64,000 nucleotides of DNA from Thermoanaerobaculia bacterium (GTDB lineage: Bacteria > Acidobacteriota > Thermoanaerobaculia > Multivoradales > UBA5704): contig JBGAGQ010000015.1 of assembly GCA_044226625.1 (NCBI GenBank), positions 39,215 through 103,214 on the forward strand. Direction: 5' to 3'. A program made the translations under genes and the position numbers. The notes under the pieces are model-generated. The model was not told the DNA's origin and searched no databases. It worked only from the letters and a program-made list of their open reading frames with translations. This document shows, in pieces, positions 1-9,608 of the stretch; within the stretch, counting starts at the first letter, position 1; each line of letters begins with the position of its first letter.

Positions 1-1
1 C

Positions 2-2587
2 TCGGCGGTGCGGTTCGAGCGGTTCGGCACCAAGGTCTATCCGGTGACCGCGCTGATGCTCGACAACATCCAAGGGAGCTTCCTCTTCCTGCTGGTGATC
101 ATCGTCACCCTCTACGCGGGCGAGCTGGTCTGGCGCGAGCGGCAGCTCAAGGTGGCGGAGGTCGCGGACGCTCTGCCGGTGCCGAGCTGGGTGCCGCTCC
201 TCTCGAAGCTCGGGGCGCTCTGGGCGGTGATCCTCACCTTCCTCGTCGTGGGAGGCCTGACGGCGATCGGCATTCAGCTCTCGTACGGCTTCACCCACAT
301 CGAGCCCACGCTCTATTTGAAAGGGCTCGGGATCGAGGCGGTGCAGTTCCTGCTCGCGGCGGTGCTCGCGGTGTTCTTCCAGGTCCTGTTCAACCAGAAG
401 TTCGTCGGGTACCTCGCGATGATCCTGTTCCTGATCAGCCAGACGGTGCTCGCCTCGCTCCATTTCGACCATCGGCTCTACCGGTACGGCGACACGCCGC
501 CGATGACCTATTCCGACATGAACGGCTACGGTCATCTCCTGCGCGGTTTCACCTGGTTCAGCCTCTACTGGGCGTGCTTCGCACTGCTTCTGCTGATCGC
601 CTCGGTCCTCTTCTGGGTGCGCGGAAGCGAGAGCGTCTGGCGTCTCCGCGTGCGCGAGGCGAGGGCGCGCTTCCGCGGTCCGTGGCGTGCGCTCGCCGCG
701 ACCGGTGCGATGGGCTTCCTCGCGATCGGCGCCTTCATCTTCTGGAACACCAACGTCTTGAACGCCTACGTGCCGAGCGACGAGCGGATGCTCCGACAGG
801 CCGACTACGAGAAGAAGTACCGGAAGCTGCGGGATCGGACCTATCCGAAGGTGACCGACGTCGAAACGAACGTCGACATCTTTCCCGACGAGCGCCGGGT
901 GGAGATCGCCGGCCGATACGTCCTCAAGAACAAATCGAACCGGCCCGAGGGGGAGATCTTCTTCCAACTCGACCCACGGGTCCGGGTGCGCAAGCTCTCG
1001 CTCGATCCGAGCTGGCGAACCGAGCACGACGATCGGCTCGGGGTCACGATCTACCGGCTTCCTAAGCCGCTTCCGCCCGGCGGCACGATGGAGCTCCGCT
1101 TCGAACTGACCGTCGAGGAGAAAGGCTTCGTCACCGATCGGAGCGAGCTGTCGCTCGCCTACAACGGAACGTTCTTCAACAACGGCCAGTACCTGCCGGT
1201 GCTCACCTACGACGAGTCGCGCCAGCTCACGGACCGCAACGACCGGAAGAAGCACGGCCTCGGACCGGCCGAGCGGGTGGCGAAGCTCGAAGATCTCCAC
1301 GCGCGAAGGAACAACTACCTTTCGAGCGACGCCGACTGGATCGGCTTTCGCGCCACCGTGTCGACGGACGCCTCGCAGATCGCGCTCGCGCCGGGTTACC
1401 TGAAACGCGAATGGCGTGTGGGGAACCGGCGGTATTTCCGCTACGAGATGGATCGTCCGATCCTCGATTTCTACTCGTTCCTCTCGGCGCGCTGGGCGGT
1501 GAAGCGGGACGTCTGGCATCCGGGCAAGGAGAACGTCGCGATCGAGATCTATTACGACCCGGCCCACGCCTACAACGTCGACCGGATGATCGACGCGTCG
1601 AAAAAATCGCTCGACTACTGCACCGCGAACTTCTCGCCGTACCAGCATCGGCAGGTGCGGATTCTCGAATTCCCGCGCTACGCGACGTTCGCGCAGTCGT
1701 TCCCGAACACGATTCCCTATTCGGAAGGGATCGGCTTCATCGCCGACCTGCGCGATCCGGACGACATCGATTACGTCTTCTACGTCACGGCGCACGAGGT
1801 TGCGCATCAGTGGTGGGGACATCAGGTGATCGGCGGCGCCGTCCAGGGAGGGACGATGCTCTCGGAGAGCCTCGCCCAGTACACGGCGCTCATGGTGATG
1901 CAGAAGGAGTACGGCAAAGACAGGATGCGCCGGTTCTTGAAGTACGAGCTCGACCAGTATCTCCAGGGGCGAGGCGGCGAGCTGGTCGAGGAGCTGCCGC
2001 TGTACCGGGTCGAGAACCAGCCATACGTCCACTATCGGAAGGGGAGCCTGGTCTTCTACGCGCTGCAGGACGCGATCGGCGAAGAGACGGTCGATCGCGC
2101 GCTCTCGCGCTACGTGGCGGAGGTCGCCTATCAGGAGCCGCCTTATACCTACACGCCGGATCTCTTGAAGATCCTGCGTGAGGTGACGCCGCCTGACCGG
2201 CAGAAGCTCCTTTCCGACTTGTTCGAGACGATCACCCTCTACGACCTGCGCGCGACGAACGCCACTTGGACGAAGCGGGCGGACGGCAAATACCTGGTGA
2301 AGCTGTCGGTCGACGGCAAGAAACTGCGCGCCGACGGTAAGGGGGTCGAAACGCCGATCGCCCTCGACGATTCGATCGACGTCGGAGTGTTCGGCGAACG
2401 GGAGAGGAATGGCAAGAAAGAGGAGACGGTACTCTATCTCGCCAAGCACCGGCTCTCTCGAGAGCTGACCACGTTCGATCTGGTGGTCGACGCCGAGCCG
2501 GTCGAGGCGGGGATCGATCCGCTCAACAAACTCGTGGATCGCACCTCGGACGACAACCGGACGAAGGTGACGGCGGCCGGCGGGTAG
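2..2587 (+). CDS. ABC-type permease / M1 family aminopeptidase fusion (5'-truncated by window edge)
   Basis: N-terminal multi-TM permease-like region; C-terminal gluzincin motif HEVAHQWW...ESLAQY and YRKGSLVFYAL; frame open to window start. Confidence 0.85.
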   Translation, partial: SAVRFERFGTKVYPVTALMLDNIQGSFLFLLVIIVTLYAGELVWRERQLKVAEVADALPVPSWVPLLSKLGALWAVILTFLVVGGLTAIGIQLSYGFTHIEPTLYLKGLGIEAVQFLLAAVLAVFFQVLFNQKFVGYLAMILFLISQTVLASLHFDHRLYRYGDTPPMTYSDMNGYGHLLRGFTWFSLYWACFALLLLIASVLFWVRGSESVWRLRVREARARFRGPWRALAATGAMGFLAIGAFIFWNTNVLNAYVPSDERMLRQADYEKKYRKLRDRTYPKVTDVETNVDIFPDERRVEIAGRYVLKNKSNRPEGEIFFQLDPRVRVRKLSLDPSWRTEHDDRLGVTIYRLPKPLPPGGTMELRFELTVEEKGFVTDRSELSLAYNGTFFNNGQYLPVLTYDESRQLTDRNDRKKHGLGPAERVAKLEDLHARRNNYLSSDADWIGFRATVSTDASQIALAPGYLKREWRVGNRRYFRYEMDRPILDFYSFLSARWAVKRDVWHPGKENVAIEIYYDPAHAYNVDRMIDASKKSLDYCTANFSPYQHRQVRILEFPRYATFAQSFPNTIPYSEGIGFIADLRDPDDIDYVFYVTAHEVAHQWWGHQVIGGAVQGGTMLSESLAQYTALMVMQKEYGKDRMRRFLKYELDQYLQGRGGELVEELPLYRVENQPYVHYRKGSLVFYALQDAIGEETVDRALSRYVAEVAYQEPPYTYTPDLLKILREVTPPDRQKLLSDLFETITLYDLRATNATWTKRADGKYLVKLSVDGKKLRADGKGVETPIALDDSIDVGVFGERERNGKKEETVLYLAKHRLSRELTTFDLVVDAEPVEAGIDPLNKLVDRTSDDNRTKVTAAGG

Positions 2588-2644
2588 CGAAGCTACGCCT
2601 CTGGAGTGGGGCAGGAGGAGAGCGGCGGCGTAGAATTCCCCGCC

Positions 2645-5329
2645 GTGGAGCTACTCTCGACTCACGTCGGTGCCGATTTCGACGCGCTCGCCTCGGTGCT
2701 CGTCGCGCGGCGACTCCATCCGGAGGCGAAGGTCTTCTTCCCCGGATCGCGCGAGGCCTCGGTACGGCGGATGCTCGCGACGGGGTTCGTCGAATTCGAG
2801 GAGCTGCGCCAGAGGCAGATCGACCCGGCGGCCTTGACGCGCGTGATCCTGTGCGACGTGCGCCAGAGCGACCGCATCGGCAAGCTCGGCGAGTGGCTCG
2901 CGGCGCGTCCCGAGATCGAGGTCTGGGCCTACGACCATCACGCCGACGGCGACCTGCCGCTCGCCGGTGGGAAGGTCGACGAAAACGTCGGCTCGACCTC
3001 GACGATCCTCGCCGAGTTGCTCCGCGAGAAGGGAGTCGCCCCCACGGCGAGCGAGGCGACGCTTCTCCTGCTCGGTATCTACGAGGACACCGGCGCCCTC
3101 ACTTTCGCCACCACCCGGCCGCGCGATCTCGAAGCCGCAGCGCGGCTGCTTCAACAGGGGGGCGACCTCGCCCTGGTCCGCCGTTTCGCGAGCGCCGCGC
3201 TCGACCCGGAGCGGCTCGACCTGCTCCATCGGATCGCCCGCGCGCTCGAAGTCCATCGGATTCAGGGGCACCGCCTCGGGCTCGCCGAGATCGATCTACC
3301 AGGGTACGTCGAAGAGGTGGCGCCGCTCGTCTCGAAGAGCCTCGACCTATTTGGTCTGCCGACGCTCTTCGTGCTGTTCGCGATCGAGGACCGGGTGCTG
3401 GTGGTCGGGCGGAGCGACGAGGCTGGCGTCGACTGCGGCCAGATTCTCGGCGCCCTGGGGGGTGGCGGCCACGCGACCGCAGCGTCAGTTCGGATCCGAG
3501 GAACGCTCGTGGAAGTGCGGGAGTCGCTGCTCGCCGAGCTCGCCCGGCGGCTGCCTCCGTCGGCCCGGGCGCGCGACCTGATGGTGCCGGCGAGCGTCTC
3601 GCTCGATCCGCGCACGTCGATCGAGCAGGCGAAGGAGAGGCTTCGGATCGGGGCGGTGAACGCCGCCCCGGTGCTCGACGCGGAAGGACGGGCGGTGGGC
3701 GCCGTCACCCGTCAGCTCCTCGACGCCGCTCTCCAGCACGGCTTGGGTGACCGACCGGTCGAGACCGCGATGACCCGTGAGCTCGCCTGGGTGTCGGCCG
3801 ATGCCCCGGCCGACGAGGCGGGGCGACAGATGCTCGCCCACCAGCCGCGCTTCGTCTTGGTCGGCGACCGGGAGGACGGCCGTCCGCTCGGGCTGGTCAC
3901 GCGGATGCAGCTGCTCCATTACCTCGGCGCGCGGCTCGACCTGGAGACAGGCGGCGACTCGGGCGCCCTTCGCGTCGCGGCGGGGAGCGACGGCAGCCCC
4001 GATCGCCATCGCGCCGCGAGGCGCGAGGCGGCCGACCTGCTCGCGCGCGCGGAGCCCGCGATCGCCGATCGGATCGAGCGGATCGCCGCGGTCGTCAAGG
4101 CGGAGAACGTGCCGGTCTCCCTCGTCGGCGGCTTCGTCCGCGATTTGATCCTGGGCCGGCCCAACCGCGATCTCGACCTGGTGGTCGAGGGGGACGGTCC
4201 GGCGTTCGCCCGGGCGCTCGGCCGCGCCCTCGAAGCGCCGGTTCGCGTTCACGAGGCGTTCTTGACCGCGGTGGTTCGAACGGAGACGGGGGAGATCGAC
4301 GTCGCGACCGCGCGGAGCGAGTTCTACCGGGCTCCGGCGGCGCTTCCGGAAGTGGCGAGCTCGGCGCTGCGGCAGGATCTGTACCGGCGCGACTTCACCG
4401 TCAACACGCTCGCGATCCGCCTGCCTCCCGACGGCCTTGCCGAGTTGATCGACCCGTTCGGAGGCCGCCGCGACCTGACGCTCGGCGTCCTTCGGGTCCT
4501 CCACAGCCTCTCGTTTCTGGACGATCCGACGCGCGCCCTCCGCGCCGTGCGGCTCGAGCGCCGCCTCGGCCTCCGGATCGCCCCGGAGACCGAGCGGCTG
4601 ATCGAGATCGCCCTCAAAGAGGGGGCGTTCGACCGCCTCTCCGGATCGCGGCTTTCCGCCGAGCTCGATCTGTTGCTCGGCGAGGAGGGAGCGGCGCTCC
4701 CCGGGCTCGAACGCCTCGCCGAGCTCGGTGTCCTCGGCGCGATCGAGCCTCAACTCGTTCACGATCGGTCGCTCGCCCCGGCCCTCGCCGAGCGCCTCCG
4801 CGGCGCCCTCGCCGCCTGGGAGTGGCAGCGTCTCGAGGGCCTCGCTCTTTCCTCCGATCTCGCCGAGCTGCTCGGTCTCGCGCTAGCGATCGACCTGCCG
4901 TTCACTTCACGCCGCCGGCTTGCGGATCGGCTCGCCCTTTCCGGCTCCCGCCGTGCCCGATGCCTCGCCGTTTCGGAGGTCGTGGCGACCGCTCTCGGTG
5001 CTCTGTCTCCCGACGCGCAGCCGAGCGCAGTCTCGGCCTCCCTCTCCGGTCTCGACGGGGAAGAGCTCCTTCTCGCTTTCGCCGCCACCGACGAAGCGGG
5101 CCGCGCCTGGATCCGTCGCGATCTCGCCGAGCTGCGCGCGATCGAGCCCTCGATCCGCGGCGCCGACCTGCTCTCGGCTGGGTTCCCGGAAGGCCCCCTC
5201 CTCGGGTCCGCGCTGCGCGCGGTTCGGAGCGCGCTCCAAGATGGCGATCTTTCCCCCGGGCAGGAATCGGAGCTTGACTACGCGCTGCGTTCGCTCCGGC
5301 TTACACCCGTCGGCGAGGTGGCGTCATGA
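2645..5329 (+). CDS. cca: DHH/DHHA1-CBS-tRNA nucleotidyltransferase (CCA/A-adding enzyme family)
   Basis: HVGADFDA, YDHH and GGGGHATAAS (DHH/DHHA1); CBS pair; GGFVRD..DLDLVV and RRDFTVN class II nucleotidyltransferase motifs; GTG at 2645 follows TAGAAT at 2631. Confidence 0.85.
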   Translation: MELLSTHVGADFDALASVLVARRLHPEAKVFFPGSREASVRRMLATGFVEFEELRQRQIDPAALTRVILCDVRQSDRIGKLGEWLAARPEIEVWAYDHHADGDLPLAGGKVDENVGSTSTILAELLREKGVAPTASEATLLLLGIYEDTGALTFATTRPRDLEAAARLLQQGGDLALVRRFASAALDPERLDLLHRIARALEVHRIQGHRLGLAEIDLPGYVEEVAPLVSKSLDLFGLPTLFVLFAIEDRVLVVGRSDEAGVDCGQILGALGGGGHATAASVRIRGTLVEVRESLLAELARRLPPSARARDLMVPASVSLDPRTSIEQAKERLRIGAVNAAPVLDAEGRAVGAVTRQLLDAALQHGLGDRPVETAMTRELAWVSADAPADEAGRQMLAHQPRFVLVGDREDGRPLGLVTRMQLLHYLGARLDLETGGDSGALRVAAGSDGSPDRHRAARREAADLLARAEPAIADRIERIAAVVKAENVPVSLVGGFVRDLILGRPNRDLDLVVEGDGPAFARALGRALEAPVRVHEAFLTAVVRTETGEIDVATARSEFYRAPAALPEVASSALRQDLYRRDFTVNTLAIRLPPDGLAELIDPFGGRRDLTLGVLRVLHSLSFLDDPTRALRAVRLERRLGLRIAPETERLIEIALKEGAFDRLSGSRLSAELDLLLGEEGAALPGLERLAELGVLGAIEPQLVHDRSLAPALAERLRGALAAWEWQRLEGLALSSDLAELLGLALAIDLPFTSRRRLADRLALSGSRRARCLAVSEVVATALGALSPDAQPSAVSASLSGLDGEELLLAFAATDEAGRAWIRRDLAELRAIEPSIRGADLLSAGFPEGPLLGSALRAVRSALQDGDLSPGQESELDYALRSLRLTPVGEVAS

Positions 5330-6132
5330 GCAGCGCACGCCGCCGGGAAGCGGCCTCCGTCGCCTCCTGGTTTTTTCCCTCCCTGACGCTTTTGCTTTTG
5401 CTTCTGCTTCTACCGCCGCCTCACGCCGCCGCCCAGTCGACCGAGCCCCAGGTCGCCGCCCCGGCCGAGCCGATCCGCACCGAGCCGGACGAGCCGCCGG
5501 CCGAGGCGACCGAGCATGCCCCGCCGCCCAAAGTCGAAGGCGATCCGCGCGAGGTCGAGATCTTCCGCTTCGACTGCGAAAGCGACCTCGAACGGCGGGA
5601 GGTCACACTGTTCGCGAGCGGAACGGTCCGCCTTCGCCTCGGACCTCCGGGCCGGGAGCGGATGGGCCTCGCGGAGCTCGGACCGGACGGGCTCGCGAGC
5701 GCGATCCGCCGCCTCGACGAGGAGGACCTGTCGGAGATCCGGGAGCTCCCGACCACGGTCTCCGGCGCTTGGATTCCCCGATGCCGGTTCCACCTCGCGA
5801 TCCCCGGCCGGCCGGAGCGCGAGCTGCGATTCGGCAAGGAAGACGCGCTGCCGCTCGCGCTGTCCCGAGCGCTCGCGGTGACCGAGAGCGTCGCCGCCGA
5901 GGTGACGCTTCTCGAGGGGGACGACCGCCTGCCGGAGGGGTATGAACCTGCCCGCTTTGATCGCCTACGCCGCGCCGATGGCGTGCTCTTCGAGATCCAG
6001 AGCCTGACCGACGACGGCAAGGGGGTCGAGCTGCGTGCGGTCGATCAACCGATCGCGATGTACATCCTCAAAGAGGATCTCCGGCAGCTGTTCATCCGCC
6101 TCGAACCCCGCTTCGGAAGCCACCTTCCATGA
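5326..6132 (+). CDS. Hypothetical exported protein
   Basis: Overlaps both neighbours by 4 nt (ATGA); signal-peptide-like hydrophobic N-terminus and Pro-rich linker. Confidence 0.7.
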   Translation: MSSARRREAASVASWFFPSLTLLLLLLLLPPPHAAAQSTEPQVAAPAEPIRTEPDEPPAEATEHAPPPKVEGDPREVEIFRFDCESDLERREVTLFASGTVRLRLGPPGRERMGLAELGPDGLASAIRRLDEEDLSEIRELPTTVSGAWIPRCRFHLAIPGRPERELRFGKEDALPLALSRALAVTESVAAEVTLLEGDDRLPEGYEPARFDRLRRADGVLFEIQSLTDDGKGVELRAVDQPIAMYILKEDLRQLFIRLEPRFGSHLP

Positions 6133-6695
6133 GGCCCATCCGCTCACCGGGCGTCCGGCTCTCCGGCGGGGAGTTCCGCGGCCGCGTGCTCACCGTGCCG
6201 AAAGGGGCCCGACCCAGTGAAGGACGCGTGCGCGAGGCACTCTTCTCGATTTGGGGCCCGCGCCTCGAAGGCGCCCGTCTGCTCGATCTCTTCGCCGGCA
6301 GCGGAGCCGTGGCGCTCGAAAGCGTCGGCCGGGGCGCCCTCCGCGCGGTCGCCGTCGAAGGGAATCCGCAAGCGCTCGAAACGATCGAGGCGAACGCCGC
6401 GAAGCTCGGCAAAGGGCTGATCGAGATCCGCAAGCTGACCCTGCCGGCGGGCCTTGCGCGCCTCGCGGAAGCGGGCGAGCGATTCGATCTGGTTTTCGCC
6501 GACCCGCCGTACGCCTTCAACGCTTACTCGGGATTGCTCGAAGCCATCGCGCCTCTCTTGGCGGAAGAGGGAGAGGCGGTCGTCGAGCATTCGGCCCGTA
6601 TTCCGCTCGCGCCGGAAGCCGGAGGCCTCGTCCGCACGGCGGAGCGGCGCTACGGCGAGGTGGCGCTGTCTTTCTATCGGCGGGGGGCGGGGTAG
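6129..6695 (+). CDS. rsmD: 16S rRNA (guanine(966)-N2)-methyltransferase
   Basis: RPSEGRVREALF, LDLFAGSGA and FADPPY motifs. Confidence 0.9.
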   Translation: MRPIRSPGVRLSGGEFRGRVLTVPKGARPSEGRVREALFSIWGPRLEGARLLDLFAGSGAVALESVGRGALRAVAVEGNPQALETIEANAAKLGKGLIEIRKLTLPAGLARLAEAGERFDLVFADPPYAFNAYSGLLEAIAPLLAEEGEAVVEHSARIPLAPEAGGLVRTAERRYGEVALSFYRRGAG

Positions 6696-6806
6696 GTTCC
6701 TCGGTCTAGAGCGGCTATCCGCTCCCGATCGTTGAACGATCGAGCCCGAAAGGCCGCTCTACGCAGTCGGTTGCGCCTGGGCGAGCTCGTAGGGTGGACG
6801 GCGCGG

Positions 6807-8702
6807 CTAGCGCTTGAGCTGTCCGTTGAGTTTCAGTCGGACGAGCTCGTCCGCGGAGAGCTTTCCGTAGCGGCGAACCGCCTCGCGGACGAAGGGTCCG
6901 TCAACCCCTTGGATCTTCAACTGAACCAGCTCGTCGGCGGAAAGATCGAGGCGGCCGTCGTAGCCGAGTCCTTGGACCCATGCGGCGGAAACCCCTTGGA
7001 TCTTGAGCTGTACCAGCTGGTCGGCGGTCAGATCGCGATAGCCGGCGGCGTTGAGCTCGCGGACCCAGGGCGGCGAGACCCCCTGGATCTTCATTTGGAT
7101 CAGTTGGTCGACCGAGAGGCCCGGGAGGACGAGGCCGCGCAGGTCTCGGGCATAGTCGACCGTCACCCCCTGAATGCGCAATTGGGTGAGCTGGTCGAAC
7201 GTCGTGTCCGTAAAACCCAGCGACCGGATTTCGCGTGCGAAAGCGGCCGAGACGTCGTGGATCGCCAACTCCATCTGTCGATCCGGATCGACCGAGTAGC
7301 CGAGCGCGGTCATCTCCCGCAGATAGGCGGCGTCGGGCTGGAAGGTGAAGCTTCCGGAGCCCTTCGCTCCGGCGAAGCGCCCCGCGAAAAGGAAGGTCCC
7401 CGCCTCGCGCCGCAGCTCGAAGCGGACGTCGGTGCCGGCGGCTAGACCCACGAGATCTTTCGTCTCGTAGGTTTCGCGGACCTGCCATAGGTGGCTTTCG
7501 CCGCCCGACTTCCAACGAACCGTGGTTTCGAGGTCGACCCGGTCGCCTCGGCGAGTCGCCGTCCAGTCTCCGTGCCTTGCTTTCGCCGTTCCGTAGCCGG
7601 AACCTCCGGCGGTCCCGTACGAGAGACGGGTGCCGCCGTCCCATTCGAGGGTCAAGCCGAGCGGCACGATCGAGAGCGCGAGCAGGCCGGCGAGCCAAGA
7701 GCGCCCCGCCGGACGGGTCGGCGCCCCCATCAGGCGGCGGACGCGATCGAGCAGCGACCCGCCATCGGCCGGCAGAGCGAACTGCGGTAGAGGAGCGCGC
7801 AGCCCTTCCAGATCCGCGAGCGCCCTGGCGTAGCGCAGCCGGTCGCCGCACACCGAGACCGCGAGGTCGTCGCAGCAATGCTCCCGCTCGGCGCGAACCT
7901 GGTTGGAAACCCACCAGACCGCGGGGTGAAAGAAGAGCAGCGTTTCGACCGCCGCCTGGAGCAGGTTCACCAGGGCGTCGTGCCGGCGAACGTGAGCCAG
8001 CTCGTGGGCCAGGATCGCCTCGAGCTGCCACGGCGACAGACCAGCGAGCGAGCTTGCGGGAACCAGAATGACCGGCTTGAGCCAGCCGATCACCGCCGGT
8101 ACCGTGACGGCGCTCGATGCGAGCGGCCGCACCGCGCGGGAGACTCCGAGCCGGCGGGCCACATCGAGAACCCTCGCCGTGAGCTCCGGCGCGAGCGGAC
8201 GGCCGCTTCCGGCCAGGCGTCGCACCTGGCGCCAGCCGCCGAGGTGAAAGAGCGCGAGCAGCGCGACGCCGGCGAGCCAGAAGCCGAAGATCCAAGGGAG
8301 ACCGGGGGAGAGCGCGTCGCGCCAGGAGGTAAGGTCGAATCCGGGCGGCATTCCTTCGACGGCGGCCAGTCCGGAGAGCGCCTCGACCTTGGAAAGCTCG
8401 GCGCCCAGAGGCTCGGCGGCGGGCGTCCCGGCCGTATCGGCTGCCGAGGCGATCGAGTCGATCGACACGGTCGAGCCCGCAATCCGGACTGCCGTCGCGA
8501 CCGGCAGCGCCAACATCGCGAGGAGGGCGACCAAGGCGAGTGCGTAGCGCGCGGCGGCCGGTTGGAATCTCATGGAGCGAAGGGCAACGGCGGCGGCGAG
8601 CCCGACCAGTGCTCCCTGCCAGAGGAAATGGAGGAGCGCCCAGGCGATCGCCTCGATCGTCGGCGCTGTGGCGAATGCGGGAAAGGTTGCGATACCGCTC
8701 AT
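6807..8702 (-). CDS. BlaR1/M56 family membrane metallopeptidase-sensor with C-terminal ~35-aa repeats
   Basis: WALLHFLWQG, HELAHVRRHD, FFHPAVWW and EREHCCDD; repeated DQLxQLKIQGV units. Confidence 0.9.
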   Translation of the reverse strand: MSGIATFPAFATAPTIEAIAWALLHFLWQGALVGLAAAVALRSMRFQPAAARYALALVALLAMLALPVATAVRIAGSTVSIDSIASAADTAGTPAAEPLGAELSKVEALSGLAAVEGMPPGFDLTSWRDALSPGLPWIFGFWLAGVALLALFHLGGWRQVRRLAGSGRPLAPELTARVLDVARRLGVSRAVRPLASSAVTVPAVIGWLKPVILVPASSLAGLSPWQLEAILAHELAHVRRHDALVNLLQAAVETLLFFHPAVWWVSNQVRAEREHCCDDLAVSVCGDRLRYARALADLEGLRAPLPQFALPADGGSLLDRVRRLMGAPTRPAGRSWLAGLLALSIVPLGLTLEWDGGTRLSYGTAGGSGYGTAKARHGDWTATRRGDRVDLETTVRWKSGGESHLWQVRETYETKDLVGLAAGTDVRFELRREAGTFLFAGRFAGAKGSGSFTFQPDAAYLREMTALGYSVDPDRQMELAIHDVSAAFAREIRSLGFTDTTFDQLTQLRIQGVTVDYARDLRGLVLPGLSVDQLIQMKIQGVSPPWVRELNAAGYRDLTADQLVQLKIQGVSAAWVQGLGYDGRLDLSADELVQLKIQGVDGPFVREAVRRYGKLSADELVRLKLNGQLKR

Positions 8703-9082
8703 CGTTGCTCTCCTTCGAGCCGATCCAACAGCTCGCGAATTTCCGCTAGCTCCTCGGCAGACGAACGGCGGGAGGAAAGGGCGCGCAGGACCAGCCGGCT
8801 GGCCGAGCCGGCGAACGCTCGATCGAGAAGGTCCCCCACCAGCTGACTCTGCGTCTGCTCCTCCGGCAGCCGCGCCGCGAACAGGTGCGCCCGCTGCGAT
8901 CCGTCGCGGGTCACGAGCCCCTTCTCGGCCATGATCTGAAGCTGTTTGAGCGTCGTGGTGTAGCCCGTCGGCGCAAGGAGCGCGAGCTGGTCGTTGACCT
9001 CTTTGACGGTGCTCGCGCCGCGGTGCCAGAGGACGCGTAAAATCGCCAGTTCGGCATCGGTAGGACGAGGGAGGTTGGGCAT
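8699..9082 (-). CDS. BlaI/MecI/CopY family transcriptional repressor
   Basis: PTDAELAILRVLW, GYTTTLKQLQIMAEKG and FAGSASRLV; coupled to the M56 gene. Confidence 0.92.
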   Translation of the reverse strand: MPNLPRPTDAELAILRVLWHRGASTVKEVNDQLALLAPTGYTTTLKQLQIMAEKGLVTRDGSQRAHLFAARLPEEQTQSQLVGDLLDRAFAGSASRLVLRALSSRRSSAEELAEIRELLDRLEGEQR

Positions 9083-9088
9083 GGAGAG

Positions 9089-9131
9089 ACGATATACGAC
9101 GAGTTTCGTACTGTCAACGATGAGTTTCGTA
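9089..9131 (-). promoter_or_regulatory. Sigma70 promoter of blaI with two operator palindromes
   Basis: Minus strand TTGACA-17 nt-TATCGT-6 nt-ATG; boxes TACGACGAGTTTCGTA (9095-9110) and AACGATGAGTTTCGTA (9116-9131), 21 bp apart. Confidence 0.8.
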
Positions 9132-9249
9132 CATCGGCCTTCGGGGTGATCGCGCTGTCGCTCGATCGCGCCGGTCGTCCGGTTGATCCGCGCCCGTCCG
9201 AACGCGCCCCGCGCGCGGGGAAGTTAGAAGGGAGGCCGGAAGCTAGAGC

Positions 9250-9498
9250 CTACTCGCGCTCCCGCCAGCAACCCCGCGCGGGCTTGCAGCGGTGTGGGTG
9301 GGCGATGCCGTCATCCGGGCCGATCGGTTCCATGGTCTTCAAGCACCAGTAGACGGCGGTCGAGGAACCGCCGGCCTGCCAGGGATGATGGCCGACGAGA
9401 TGGCCGAAGGCGGTCTTGGTGCGGAGGTTCGAGCAGACCTGCCGGTCGGCTTCTGCCAAGGAGGGCAGGTCAGGCTCGTCCATGAATTCGCGGCTCAT
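9250..9498 (-). CDS. Small Cys/His-rich hypothetical protein (82 aa)
   Basis: MSREF... with CSNLRTK, YWCLKTM and HPHRCxxxRGCW; lies downstream of the molybdoenzyme operon. Confidence 0.65.
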   Translation of the reverse strand: MSREFMDEPDLPSLAEADRQVCSNLRTKTAFGHLVGHHPWQAGGSSTAVYWCLKTMEPIGPDDGIAHPHRCKPARGCWRERE

Positions 9499-9608
9499 GG
9501 TCGACGATCGTTCCACAGAGCGCTGGCGACGGCCTGGGGAAGGCCGCCCTTTGAGCGGAGGGCGACCGGGACGAGGCAAGGTCGATCCAAGTCGTTTCCC
9601 CTGTGCCT

